From contig VBEN01000025.1 of assembly GCA_005881175.1 (NCBI GenBank), positions 21,548-85,547 of the forward strand: DNA of 64,000 nt, written 5' to 3'. The notes beneath the pieces were generated by a model. The model searched no databases, was not told where the DNA came from, and was given only the letters and a program-made list of their open reading frames with translations. Source of the DNA: Chloroflexota bacterium (lineage in GTDB: Bacteria > Chloroflexota > Dormibacteria > CF-121). Below, in pieces: positions 1-9,987 of the stretch. Position 1 is the first letter of the stretch. The number at the start of each line of letters is the position of its first letter. The translations under genes and the position numbers were made by a program.

Positions 1-2
1 TC

Positions 3-446
3 TACCAGCCGGAGAGCGGGGCGAAGGACTTCAACGATCCCGACTGGGGCAAGCAGCAAGCGCTGACGTTCTTCGGCCAGCACGCTGACATCGTCTTCGG
101 GGTCGGCGGCAACACCGGAAACGGGGCGCTGGTTGCCGCGAAGGAACAGGGCAAGATGTGCATTGGCGTGGACGTCGACCAGTATCTTTCGTACCCCGAG
201 GTTGACAGCTGCCTGATCACTAGCGCGGAGAAGCACCTCGACGTTGCGGTTAAGGCCGCCATCGCGGACGTTGTGCATGGATCGTTCCAATCGGGCATCA
301 AGACCTTCGACATCAAGAACGATGGCATCGGTCTGGCGCCCTATCATGACTGGGATTCCAAGATTCCGGCCGACGTCAAGGCGAAAGTCACGCAGGCTCA
401 GAGCGGCTTGAAGAACGGCACCATCACCACCGGCGTCACCTCCTAA
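3..446 (+). CDS. BMP-family (PnrA/Med-like) ABC-transporter substrate-binding lipoprotein, C-terminal part (5' end outside window)
   Basis: The frame is open from the window edge to TAA 444-446. The translation '...HADIVFGVGGNTGNGALVAAKEQGKMCIGVDVDQYL...GIGLAPYHDW...' is typical of BMP/PnrA nucleoside-binding lipoproteins. The cognate ATPase and permeases follow directly. Confidence 0.8.
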   Translation, partial: YQPESGAKDFNDPDWGKQQALTFFGQHADIVFGVGGNTGNGALVAAKEQGKMCIGVDVDQYLSYPEVDSCLITSAEKHLDVAVKAAIADVVHGSFQSGIKTFDIKNDGIGLAPYHDWDSKIPADVKAKVTQAQSGLKNGTITTGVTS

Positions 447-495
447 GCAATCGACCGCACTCGAGCTCCGAGGGATTCGAAAGTCCTTCGGACGC

Positions 496-1956
496 TTGAG
501 GGCCGTAGATGGCGTGGACCTCGTCGTCGACTGGGGCCGGGTCCACGCCCTTCTCGGTGAGAACGGCGCCGGCAAATCGACCTTGATGAACGTCGTCTAC
601 GGCATGGTCACCAGCGATGCCGGCGAGATCGAGTTCGATGGCCGCCCCGTGCACATTGCTGGACCTCAGGACGCGATCAAGTTGGGCATCGGGATGGTGC
701 ATCAGCACTTCATGCTGATTCCCCGGCTGTCCGTGGTGGAGAACATCATGCTCGGCCACGAGATCGTTCGGGGCGCTGGCGTGATTGATATGGATAAAGC
801 CGCCGGCATTATCGGCAATCTCTCGGCCAGGTACGGGCTCCAGGTCGATCCCCGAGCCCGTGTTGGGGACCTGACTGTTGGCCTGCAGCAACGGGTCGAG
901 ATCGTCAAGGCCCTCTATCGTGGCGCTCGCGTTCTGATCCTCGACGAGCCGACCGCCGCCCTCACACCACAGGAAACCGAAGGTCTCTTCGACGTGGTCC
1001 GCGGGCTGGTCAGGGAAGGGGCGGCCGTGATTTTTATCACTCACAAGCTCGGCGAGGTCATGGCCGTGGCAGACCGGATCACGGTGATGCGTCGCGGCAA
1101 AGTCGTCGGGACCGCCATACCGAAGGATACGACGCCGGGCGAGCTAGCCCAGATGATGGTGGGGCGGCCCGTGTTGCTGCGGGTGGCAAGGGGACCAGCG
1201 CACCCGACGAAGACGGCGCTGGAAGTCGATAAGCTCGTCGTCCAGGACGATCGCCGGCACACCGTCGTCGACGGCATCAGCCTTACCGTCCGGTCCGGCG
1301 AAATCGTTGGCATCGCCGGCGTCGAGGGCAACGGCCAGAACGAGATGGTCGAGGCGATAATCGGCTTGCGTCCGGCGCGCGCCGGCCGGGTGCTGCTGAG
1401 CGGCCGCGACATCACGCGACGGCCGACGCGATGGCGGCTTCGCTCCGGGCTGAGCGAGGTACCCGCCGACCGGCACCGGATGGGTCTCATCCTCGAGTTC
1501 CCCATCTACGACAACCTGGTGTTGAGCGACTACGACGAGCGCCCGTATGCCAACGGGCTCGTCCGCCGGCTCGGCGTCCTCCGGGAGCATGCCCGCAAGC
1601 TGATGAAAGCGTTCGACATCCGGGCCCAGGCACCGGAGCAGCCGGTCGGATCGCTCAGCGGGGGAAACCAACAAAAAGTCATTCTCGCGCGCGAGCTCGG
1701 CACTCGTCCGCAGGTCCTGATCGCCAGCCAACCGACTCGCGGGCTCGACGTCGGATCGATCGAGTTCGTCCACAGTCGCCTCGTCACCCAGCGAGATGAG
1801 GGCCTCGCGGTACTGCTCGTGTCGTCAGAGCTCGACGAGGTCCTCTCCCTCGCCGATCGCGTGGCGGTGATCTACCGAGGGAAGATCGTAGCCGAGCTCG
1901 AAGGCGAGGCGATTGACCGTGAACGGATCGGCCTGTTGATGGCCGGCGCCGCGTGA
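496..1956 (+). CDS. ABC transporter ATP-binding protein with two nucleotide-binding domains (BMP-family nucleoside/sugar importer)
   Basis: Walker A motifs 'GENGAGKST' and 'GVEGNGQNE', and signature 'LSGGNQQKV'. Coordinates use the first canonical start (TTG 496). The conserved N-terminal strand 'ALELRGIRKSFG' is encoded upstream at 457-492, with no ATG/GTG/TTG after the in-frame stop at 409-411. Confidence 0.9.
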   Translation: MRAVDGVDLVVDWGRVHALLGENGAGKSTLMNVVYGMVTSDAGEIEFDGRPVHIAGPQDAIKLGIGMVHQHFMLIPRLSVVENIMLGHEIVRGAGVIDMDKAAGIIGNLSARYGLQVDPRARVGDLTVGLQQRVEIVKALYRGARVLILDEPTAALTPQETEGLFDVVRGLVREGAAVIFITHKLGEVMAVADRITVMRRGKVVGTAIPKDTTPGELAQMMVGRPVLLRVARGPAHPTKTALEVDKLVVQDDRRHTVVDGISLTVRSGEIVGIAGVEGNGQNEMVEAIIGLRPARAGRVLLSGRDITRRPTRWRLRSGLSEVPADRHRMGLILEFPIYDNLVLSDYDERPYANGLVRRLGVLREHARKLMKAFDIRAQAPEQPVGSLSGGNQQKVILARELGTRPQVLIASQPTRGLDVGSIEFVHSRLVTQRDEGLAVLLVSSELDEVLSLADRVAVIYRGKIVAELEGEAIDRERIGLLMAGAA

Positions 1957-2941
1957 TCAGCCGACGCTTGCCGCCGTGGGCCGTCAACGCGGTCGTCGTA
2001 CCGCTGGCCTCGGTTCTTTGCGGCTTTGTGGTGGCAGGGGTCGTGATTTCCGTGACGGGCTCGGATCCGTTCCAGGCATTGACGGCCCTATCAATATCGG
2101 CGCCGAAGGCCAGTTCTACATCGGCGGTCTGGCCGGCGTCTTCGTCGCGTACAGCATTCACGGCTTGCCAGGGTTGATCGAGATCCCGCTCGCGATTCTT
2201 GCCGGTATGCTCGGCGGCTTCGTCTGGTCGGGCCTCGCCGGCGCGCTCAAGGCTCGCTTCGGAGCGCACGAGGTGATTACGACCATCATGCTCAACTACG
2301 TTGCGTTTCTACTAGCGAACTATCTGATCGACGGCGGTCTGATGCTGGCAAAGAATGTCTCGACTCCGCGTACCCCTGAGATCGATGCGAACGCACAGCT
2401 GCCCATCATCATTCCCGGTACGAGGTTGCATTTCGGCCTGATCCTGGCTGTGCTTGCGGTGCCGGCGGTCTGGTTCCTGATCGAGCGGACGACCATCGGT
2501 TTTCAGCTGCGATCGGTCGGCTTCAATCCCACGGCCGCCCGCGCGAACGGCATGTCCGTCGGCCGGACGCTGGTCCTGAGCATGGGCATTTCGGGGGCGC
2601 TGGCCGGGACGGCAGGTATCGTCCAAATTCTGGGCCTCAGTCATCACATGACGGATACGGTCGCGGCGGGATACGGCTTCGACGCCATTGCCGTCGCCCT
2701 GCTGGCCCGGAGCAATCCGTGGGGTGTGCTGCCAGCGGCGTTTCTCTTTGGCGCCCTGCGAAACGGTGCCAGCTTCATGCAGCTCGAAACACAGGTCTCG
2801 GCAGATCTCGTTTCCATCGTGCAGGCGATGGTGATCATCTTCGTGGCCGCACCTGTCATCGTTCGCTGGCTGCTCCGGCTGCGCGCCCAGCCGCTGCAAG
2901 AGCTCCAGCTTGCCGAGCGCGACGAGGCGACCGTGGTCTGA
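1953..2941 (+). pseudogene. ABC transporter permease (BMP-family system), frameshifted with an internal deletion
   Basis: The N-terminus 'MISRRLPPWAVNAVVVPLASVLCGFVVAGVVISVTGSDPFQAL' starts at GTG 1953 (GTGA overlap with the ATPase stop) in one frame. The rest, 'INIGAEGQFYIGGLAGV...' to TGA 2939-2941, is in another frame, with the switch near 2085-2095. Homologues have about 30 residues (one TM helix) between 'DPFxA' and 'FNIGAEGQ', and these are missing here. Confidence 0.7.
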
Positions 2942-3870
2942 TGGACTTTCTGCAGCGCGAGGACATCGTCGGGCTGCTCGCCCAGACACTGGTGACCGCG
3001 ACGCCACTCACGCTAGCGGCACTCGGTGGGATCCTTTGCGAGCGCTCAGGCGTAGTCAACATCGCGCTCGAAGGCATCATGCTAACGGGGGCGTTCATCG
3101 GGTTCGCGGTCGCCCTTGCCACGCACAATCTGTGGCTGGGCGTACTCGCCGCCATCGTCGCCGGCATGCTGATCGCCAGCCTGCACGCCGCGCTCTCGGT
3201 CAGTCTGCTGGTGGACCAGATCGTGAGCGGCATGGTGATCAATATCCTCGCCGTGGGCATTACTGGCGTGTTTTATCGCACCTTCATCGAGAGCTCGACG
3301 ACGATCGGTCCGGGCACGCTCGCGCATTGGAACATCCCGGGCCTGTCGGCGATCCCCGCGCTTGGCCGGATTTTCTTTCAGAACCAGTTTGTGACGTATG
3401 CCATGCTGCTCGCCGTCGTCGGCGTGTATTTCTTGATCTTCAAGACCAAATGGGGGCTTCGCACCCGTGCCTGCGGCGAGAATCCGGCCGCCGCCGAAAC
3501 CGCCGGGATCAACGTCTACTTCGTCCGATACGCGAACGTCATCGGGAGCGGCGCCCTCGCCGGCCTGGGAGGCGCATACTTCAGCCTGCAACAGATCGGC
3601 AACTTTCTACCGAACATGACCGGTGGCCGGGGCTTCATCGCGCTAGCCGCGATGATATTCGGCAAATGGAACCCGTTCGGCGCCTTCGGGGCTTCGCAAC
3701 TGTTCGCATTCTCGGACGCCGTGGGCAGCCGTCTTCAGATCGCCGGCGTCAAACTGCCCATCCAGTTCCTCGGCATGCTTCCCTACCTGGTGACCATCGT
3801 GGTGCTGGCGGGGGCAATGGGGCGCGCCGTCGCGCCCGCCGCCGTGGGCAAGCCGTACAAGAAGAGTTGA
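2941..3870 (+). CDS. ABC transporter permease (second permease of the BMP-family system)
   Basis: ATG 2941 overlaps the preceding TGA (ATGA). 'MDFLQREDIVGLLAQTLVTATPLTLAALGGILCERSGVVNIALEGIML...' is the typical N-terminus of this permease family. The protein is multi-TM throughout. The longer ORF from 2719 overlaps the previous gene and was discarded. Confidence 0.9.
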   Translation: MDFLQREDIVGLLAQTLVTATPLTLAALGGILCERSGVVNIALEGIMLTGAFIGFAVALATHNLWLGVLAAIVAGMLIASLHAALSVSLLVDQIVSGMVINILAVGITGVFYRTFIESSTTIGPGTLAHWNIPGLSAIPALGRIFFQNQFVTYAMLLAVVGVYFLIFKTKWGLRTRACGENPAAAETAGINVYFVRYANVIGSGALAGLGGAYFSLQQIGNFLPNMTGGRGFIALAAMIFGKWNPFGAFGASQLFAFSDAVGSRLQIAGVKLPIQFLGMLPYLVTIVVLAGAMGRAVAPAAVGKPYKKS

Positions 3871-3931
3871 GCCGAAAACTTCCCAGGAGTCTCGCGTAGT
3901 CCGGCGCCTGCTCTCCCTCGGGCTTGCCGCA

Positions 3932-4903
3932 TTGCTGGCCACGTGCGGCGGCCCGTCGACGCCGTCGCCTTCGTCCGGCGTCCGAGTCTGCATCGCCACC
4001 GATGCTGACGGCCTGGCGCCGCATACGTTCAATCAGCTGGCGGCCGCTGGCGCTCGCAGCGCCGGCGCCCTGGTCCAGGTGATCGCCTCACACACGGCGT
4101 CGGACTATCTGGCCAACATTCAGCGATGTATCGCGAACCATTCCGCGCTGGTGGTGGCGATCTCGCAAGATATGGCGACCGCTGTTGCCAGCGCGGCGAA
4201 GCTACATGCGACGCAACGTTTTGCGCTGGTCGATGGAATACCCGTCGATGAGGGCGGCCAGCGCCTCGATCTCGACAACGTGAGCGACCTGCTCTTCAAG
4301 GCACAGGAGCCGGGCTACCTGGTCGGTGCGCTGGCCGGGCTGCTGGAAAAAAACAAAGTCGGGAGCGCGGCACATAACGTGCTCGGCATTCTCGGATCGA
4401 ACCATGGCCCGGCCGTCGACTCGTACATCGCCGGCTACATCGCCGGCGCGAAGAGTGTCAACCCTGGCCTGACCTGGAAGATCACCTACTCGGACTCGCA
4501 GGACACGGCGTTTTGCAAGCAGCTCGGCATCACCCAGATCTCGGCCGGCGCGGATATCCTCTTTGAAGTCACGGGCCGTTGCGCCTCTGGCTACATCGAC
4601 GCCGCCTACGATGCCTCCGCCTACGCCATCGGATCGGACAACGACGAGGCCTATCTCAGCCCCGCCGTCATCACCAGCGCCCTCAAGCGCGTCGACCGGG
4701 CCGTCGCCATAACCGTCCAGCGATTGCAAAACGGCCAGTTCAAATCCGGCCAGCAGCTCTTCACCACGCAGGATGACGCCACCGGCTTCAGCAGCCCGAG
4801 CAGTGTCGTCCCCCAGGACGTCATCAACCAGGTGCTCGACATCCGCGCCAGGATCCGCAGCGGCGCCCTCACTCCGCCGGATACCATTCCGGCGGGCGTC
4901 TAA
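3932..4903 (+). CDS. BMP-family ABC-transporter substrate-binding lipoprotein (second binding protein of the locus)
   Basis: BMP-like sequence ('FALVDGIP', 'EPGYLVGALAG', 'ILGILGS', 'DSYIAGYIAGAKSVNP', 'ADILFEVTG'). The end coordinate is firm. The start given is the first canonical codon (TTG 3932), but a complete lipoprotein signal 'VVRRLLSLGLAALLATC' is encoded from 3896, behind AGGAG at 3885-3889. Confidence 0.85.
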   Translation: MLATCGGPSTPSPSSGVRVCIATDADGLAPHTFNQLAAAGARSAGALVQVIASHTASDYLANIQRCIANHSALVVAISQDMATAVASAAKLHATQRFALVDGIPVDEGGQRLDLDNVSDLLFKAQEPGYLVGALAGLLEKNKVGSAAHNVLGILGSNHGPAVDSYIAGYIAGAKSVNPGLTWKITYSDSQDTAFCKQLGITQISAGADILFEVTGRCASGYIDAAYDASAYAIGSDNDEAYLSPAVITSALKRVDRAVAITVQRLQNGQFKSGQQLFTTQDDATGFSSPSSVVPQDVINQVLDIRARIRSGALTPPDTIPAGV

Positions 4904-4947
4904 AAAGTACCACCAAACTTTTTCCACCCGGCGACGTCTCTATTACT

Positions 4948-5475
4948 GTGGCGGGCATGGACGAGGGCCTCGCGGCCGGCAGCTCAGCTGACTTCGAGCG
5001 TTTGCTGCGTGCCAACGCCCACTCGATGCTGCGCTTCGCCGACTTCGTCCTGCACGACCGCAGCGCGGCCGAAGATGCCGTACAGGAGGCGTTCATGATT
5101 GCCTGGAATCGCCGGCAGACGTTACGCGAGGATTCTGCATTCGTGCCGTGGCTTCGAACGATTGTGCTCCGCGAGTGCCTGCGCTGGCGCCGGCGCCGCT
5201 TCCTACAGGTGCTCGGCCTCAGCGACCGGGTCATCGCGCCCGCGACATCCGACCCCGCCCTGCAGGTCGACCTGGGACGCGCCGTGCGACGCCTCTCCCC
5301 CGCTCAGCGCGCCGTGGTCTATCTGCACTTCTTCGAGGACCAGACCCTGAACCAGATCGCCACCGAGCTGCGCCTCCCGGAATCGACCGTCAAAAGCCGG
5401 CTCTACGAGGCCCTTCGCCGATTGCAGCGCGCCCTTCCGGGCTATGGACCCTCAAACGCCGGAGAGCAGGCATGA
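4948..5475 (+). CDS. ECF (sigma-70 family, group IV) RNA polymerase sigma factor
   Basis: Region 2 'AAEDAVQEAFMIAWNRRQTL...FVPWLRTIVLRE' and region 4 'LSPAQRAVVYLHFFEDQTLNQIATELRLPESTVKSRLYEALRRL'. Confidence 0.9.
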   Translation: MAGMDEGLAAGSSADFERLLRANAHSMLRFADFVLHDRSAAEDAVQEAFMIAWNRRQTLREDSAFVPWLRTIVLRECLRWRRRRFLQVLGLSDRVIAPATSDPALQVDLGRAVRRLSPAQRAVVYLHFFEDQTLNQIATELRLPESTVKSRLYEALRRLQRALPGYGPSNAGEQA

Positions 5476-6767
5476 CCGTGCTGGAAGATCGGCTGAAGCG
5501 CTACGCCGCCGGTCGCGCTGACGGGGTATCGACCAGCGATGCTGATCGTCTGGTGACGCGCGCGCTGACCCGCCCGAGATCCCAAGCCCGCTGGACCCGA
5601 CACGGCCTCAACGTCGCCGCGGCCGTGGCCTTGAGCCTGCTGCTGATCGCTGGTGGCATCGTGCTGGAAGGGCAGCTGGTTGCGCGCCGAACCGCCGCGC
5701 CACCGCCCGGCGCCGGCCCGCTGCCCCCGGTGCCCAATGAGATCGTGAATCTCGACAATGAGTCGCAGGCAGGCGAATTCGTTACCCCCTTTCGATTGAA
5801 GGACGCGAAAATCCTGCCGCCTGCCTATCGCTGGACACTGTCGCAGGGTCGGGCGCTCGTCCTGGAAACGTCGAGCTTTTGCTCAACCGTCACCATCCAC
5901 GTCGTCGACCGGAGCACGGGTCGCGATGTCCGGCCCGCAGTGACCCTCCCGGATTGCTACGGGAATCCGGTAGTTCTTCCGGGGACGCGGGTGCTGCTGG
6001 CTCACGAGCACGCCACCGACCAGCGGTCGCAAAATCTGGGAGTCGTGTCCTATGACTGGTCTTTAGGACGCGTCGTGCGGAATTACCCGGATGTCTCGAT
6101 GGGTGTCTCAGGAGGCTTGCTGTCAGGCGACGCCACGCTGCTCTATACGATCAACCCCGACGCCAGCAGCACTGGGCTCGAGATCACGGACCTGACGAGC
6201 GGCGCTCGCGTCGCCCATCTGGACGTCGCGATCACGCAGGTCGGCCTCAACGCCGGCGGGATCGCGTTGTCGCCCGATGGGCGAACCCTCTATGTCAATG
6301 AGGGCATTCGGCTGCGGACCTTCGACGCGCGTACGGGTAAGGCCGGTGCCGTCGTGGACTTCACGATGCCGCGACCGAGCCCGGCCGCCTGGTTGCCGAG
6401 CTGGCTCTCGATCACGGCCGACGCGAAGGAGGGCTTCGAGGCCGGCCGCGGCATCGCCGTTGATCCGACCGGACGCTGGGTGGCCGCGCTTTCCATCGAT
6501 GACCCTTCGGTAGCCGGCATCTGGGTCTTCGACACATCGGGTTCGATCCACGTGGCGCGTCATATTCCGGAGCCAACCAGGTCGCGCCAGGCCGGCTTCC
6601 GGGGCGTCGCCTTCAGCCGTGATGGGACTGTGCTCTATGCCCTGTACGTCGAGGCCCAGCAAGGCTCCATCGATGTCATCGCTCCAGAGACCGGTCGGTT
6701 TCGTGCCCTGGCCAATTCGCGCTTCTCGGATTTGCTGGGAATCGCCCGTGTCGACCCAGCGCCCTGA
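5472..6767 (+). CDS. Single-pass membrane protein with extracytoplasmic beta-propeller-like repeats (candidate anti-sigma partner)
   Basis: ATG 5472 overlaps the sigma stop (ATGA). It has a short cytoplasmic N-terminus and a TM helix 'LNVAAAVALSLLLIAGGIVL'. Recurring 'LSPDGRTLYV', 'VDPTGRWVAAL' and 'FSRDGTVLYAL' motifs resemble YVTN/lactonase-type propeller blades. The anti-sigma role is inferred from position only. Confidence 0.6.
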   Translation: MTVLEDRLKRYAAGRADGVSTSDADRLVTRALTRPRSQARWTRHGLNVAAAVALSLLLIAGGIVLEGQLVARRTAAPPPGAGPLPPVPNEIVNLDNESQAGEFVTPFRLKDAKILPPAYRWTLSQGRALVLETSSFCSTVTIHVVDRSTGRDVRPAVTLPDCYGNPVVLPGTRVLLAHEHATDQRSQNLGVVSYDWSLGRVVRNYPDVSMGVSGGLLSGDATLLYTINPDASSTGLEITDLTSGARVAHLDVAITQVGLNAGGIALSPDGRTLYVNEGIRLRTFDARTGKAGAVVDFTMPRPSPAAWLPSWLSITADAKEGFEAGRGIAVDPTGRWVAALSIDDPSVAGIWVFDTSGSIHVARHIPEPTRSRQAGFRGVAFSRDGTVLYALYVEAQQGSIDVIAPETGRFRALANSRFSDLLGIARVDPAP

Positions 6768-6785
6768 GCGCCGGCTGAGCCGCGC

Positions 6786-7829
6786 CTAGCCCGTGACGCG
6801 ACCTCGGCGAAGCATCGCCTCCGCGTCGACGAACTCATGGCGCAGCCGGGCTCGGCCCACCTCGTCACCGAAGCCGCCCTCGAGCGCCTGCAGGTTCATA
6901 GCCCAGACTTGCTCCGGCGAACAACCCAGTGCGGCAACGACGTTTTGAAATTCCCGTGTCAGCGTGATGTGGGAAACGGTCCGCGAGTCCGTGCTGATGG
7001 TGACCTTGATGCCCTGCTCGTAAAAGCGCTTCAGCGGATGATCCTGCAGCCGCCGGACGGCTTTGGTTTGCGCATTGCTGGTCGGCGCCGTGTCCAGCTG
7101 GACACCGTTTTCCCGGATGGTGGCGACGACCTCGGGATCTTCCTGCGCCCTGATCCCGTGGCCCAGTCGCAGGGCTCCCATTGAGATCGCCTGCCGCACG
7201 CTCTCCGGTCCGGCGGCCTCGCCGGCATGGATGGTGATATTCAGGCCCAGGGAACGAGCGAGTCGAAAGGCATCTTCGTGCAGGACCGGGGGGTGTCCCG
7301 CTTCGTCGCCCGCCAGGTCGAAGCCGATCACGCCGTCGCTCACGAAGCGGCCGGCGACCTGGGCCAGCGCCAGGTTCTGCGCCGGTGGCATATCGCGCAG
7401 GGCGGTCACGATGATGCCACCCTCGAGCCGGAAGTCCTTGCGCCCCCTGGTCCATCCGCTCAGGACGGCGCGGATTACGTCCGTCAGCGAGAGACCCTGC
7501 TGCACGTGCAGCCACGGCCCATAACGAATCTCGGCATAACGCACGTTGTCGTGCTTCAAGTCCTCACAGAGCTCGTAGGTTGCGCGCTCCAGCGCCGGGA
7601 CGGTCTGGAGCACCGCAATCGGCAGCTCAAAGAACGTGATGTACTCGACCAGCGAAGCCGTGTTCTCGTTGGCCTCCAGAAAGTCCGACAGCTTTGCCAG
7701 ATCGTCGATCGGCAGCGGAACGCCGTTCTCTTTGGCGAGCTCGAGTACCGTCTTGGGACGCACAGACCCGTCAAGATGCAGATGCAGCTCCGCCTTGGGG
7801 ATCGCCTGAAAATAGGCGGCGTCGTCCAT
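6786..7829 (-). CDS. add: Adenosine deaminase
   Basis: 'PKAELHLHLDGSVRP', 'ITIHAGE' and 'ISTDSRTV' are the metal-binding and catalytic motifs of adenosine deaminase. Length is 347 aa. Confidence 0.9.
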   Translation of the reverse strand: MDDAAYFQAIPKAELHLHLDGSVRPKTVLELAKENGVPLPIDDLAKLSDFLEANENTASLVEYITFFELPIAVLQTVPALERATYELCEDLKHDNVRYAEIRYGPWLHVQQGLSLTDVIRAVLSGWTRGRKDFRLEGGIIVTALRDMPPAQNLALAQVAGRFVSDGVIGFDLAGDEAGHPPVLHEDAFRLARSLGLNITIHAGEAAGPESVRQAISMGALRLGHGIRAQEDPEVVATIRENGVQLDTAPTSNAQTKAVRRLQDHPLKRFYEQGIKVTISTDSRTVSHITLTREFQNVVAALGCSPEQVWAMNLQALEGGFGDEVGRARLRHEFVDAEAMLRRGRVTG

Positions 7830-7895
7830 CGAGTTCGCCCGAATGCTAGCAGCCGGGCGAACTGACCTCAGTAACCCGGCCCGGGGCTGCCGTCG

Positions 7896-8609
7896 CTAGG
7901 CGGCGCGCCGGTGCCCGTTGCCGTTCGGGGGCGTCAACACCATGGCCAGCATCTCCGACGGACGGATCGCCCACAGCCGGTGATGGCGGAACGCGGCGCG
8001 AGCCTCCGGCGTCAGACCCCATGCCGCGAGCACCGTTCGGACCCGGGCCGCGCGACCGGTCTCGAGGTCGACCATGCTGTCACCGACGTAGATCGAATGC
8101 GCCCGCGACAAACCGAGCTGCCCGATGGCCGCCAGCAACGGATCAGGCGCCGGCTTTGGCGGGGTGACATCCTCATAACCGAACACCACGTCGAAGTACC
8201 CACGCAGGCCCGCCGCCTCCAGCTCGGCCTCGACAAGGGCCCGTCGCTTGCAGGAGACCACACCCAGTGGGGCGCCGGCCTGGTGCAGCTTCCGGACGAG
8301 CGTTGGAATCCCGCGGAACACCCGGGCATGGCCCAGGGTCGCGTCGATCGACCGGTAGGTGGCGACGAGGTCTTCCCACATCTGCGGCGCGACCAGCTTC
8401 ATCTGCTCAGGCAGCGGCAGACCGCGGCTCTGGCGGAAGAGCACCCGTGCCGCCTCGTCGAGGCGATGCGTCCGCATGACGTGGGCGAAGGCTTCCTCGA
8501 TCAGCGGGTAGCTGTCAACGAGTGTTCCGTCGAAGTCGAAAACCAGGCCGCGAGTGTGGCCGTTGGAGGGCGTCGGAGGTCGAAGTAGAGACTCTGATTC
8601 GGTTGCCAC
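7896..8609 (-). CDS. HAD-superfamily hydrolase (phosphoglycolate phosphatase-like)
   Basis: HAD motif I 'VFDFDGTLVDS', motif II 'GVVSCK' and motif IV 'YVGDSMVDLETG'. Confidence 0.85.
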   Translation of the reverse strand: MATESESLLRPPTPSNGHTRGLVFDFDGTLVDSYPLIEEAFAHVMRTHRLDEAARVLFRQSRGLPLPEQMKLVAPQMWEDLVATYRSIDATLGHARVFRGIPTLVRKLHQAGAPLGVVSCKRRALVEAELEAAGLRGYFDVVFGYEDVTPPKPAPDPLLAAIGQLGLSRAHSIYVGDSMVDLETGRAARVRTVLAAWGLTPEARAAFRHHRLWAIRPSEMLAMVLTPPNGNGHRRAA

Positions 8610-8826
8610 GTGTGATCAACATCCCCTGGGCAGGCTGGGCGCGCTCTCCGAGGAGCTGCGCTGTCGAGGAATCGACCCTTCCCAGTCAAATAATGCCACT
8701 CGTATAACGGTGTAGTCCACGTTTCCTCTCGGAACCCGCAGCGCGGCTTCCAGAGCTCCAAACACCCGTTCGCTCGGAAAGTCAACCTTGACCGTCTTTC
8801 ATCTGCCGCCTAAACTCGAACTTGCA

Positions 8827-9984
<1,158 letters not shown>

Positions 9985-9987
9985 GAC

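Noticed and set aside
4902-4923. AAAAAGT-N8-ACTTTTT inverted repeat after the second BMP gene as a terminator
   Set aside because: The stem is only 7 bp and entirely A/T apart from one G-C pair, so it is too weak to call with any confidence.
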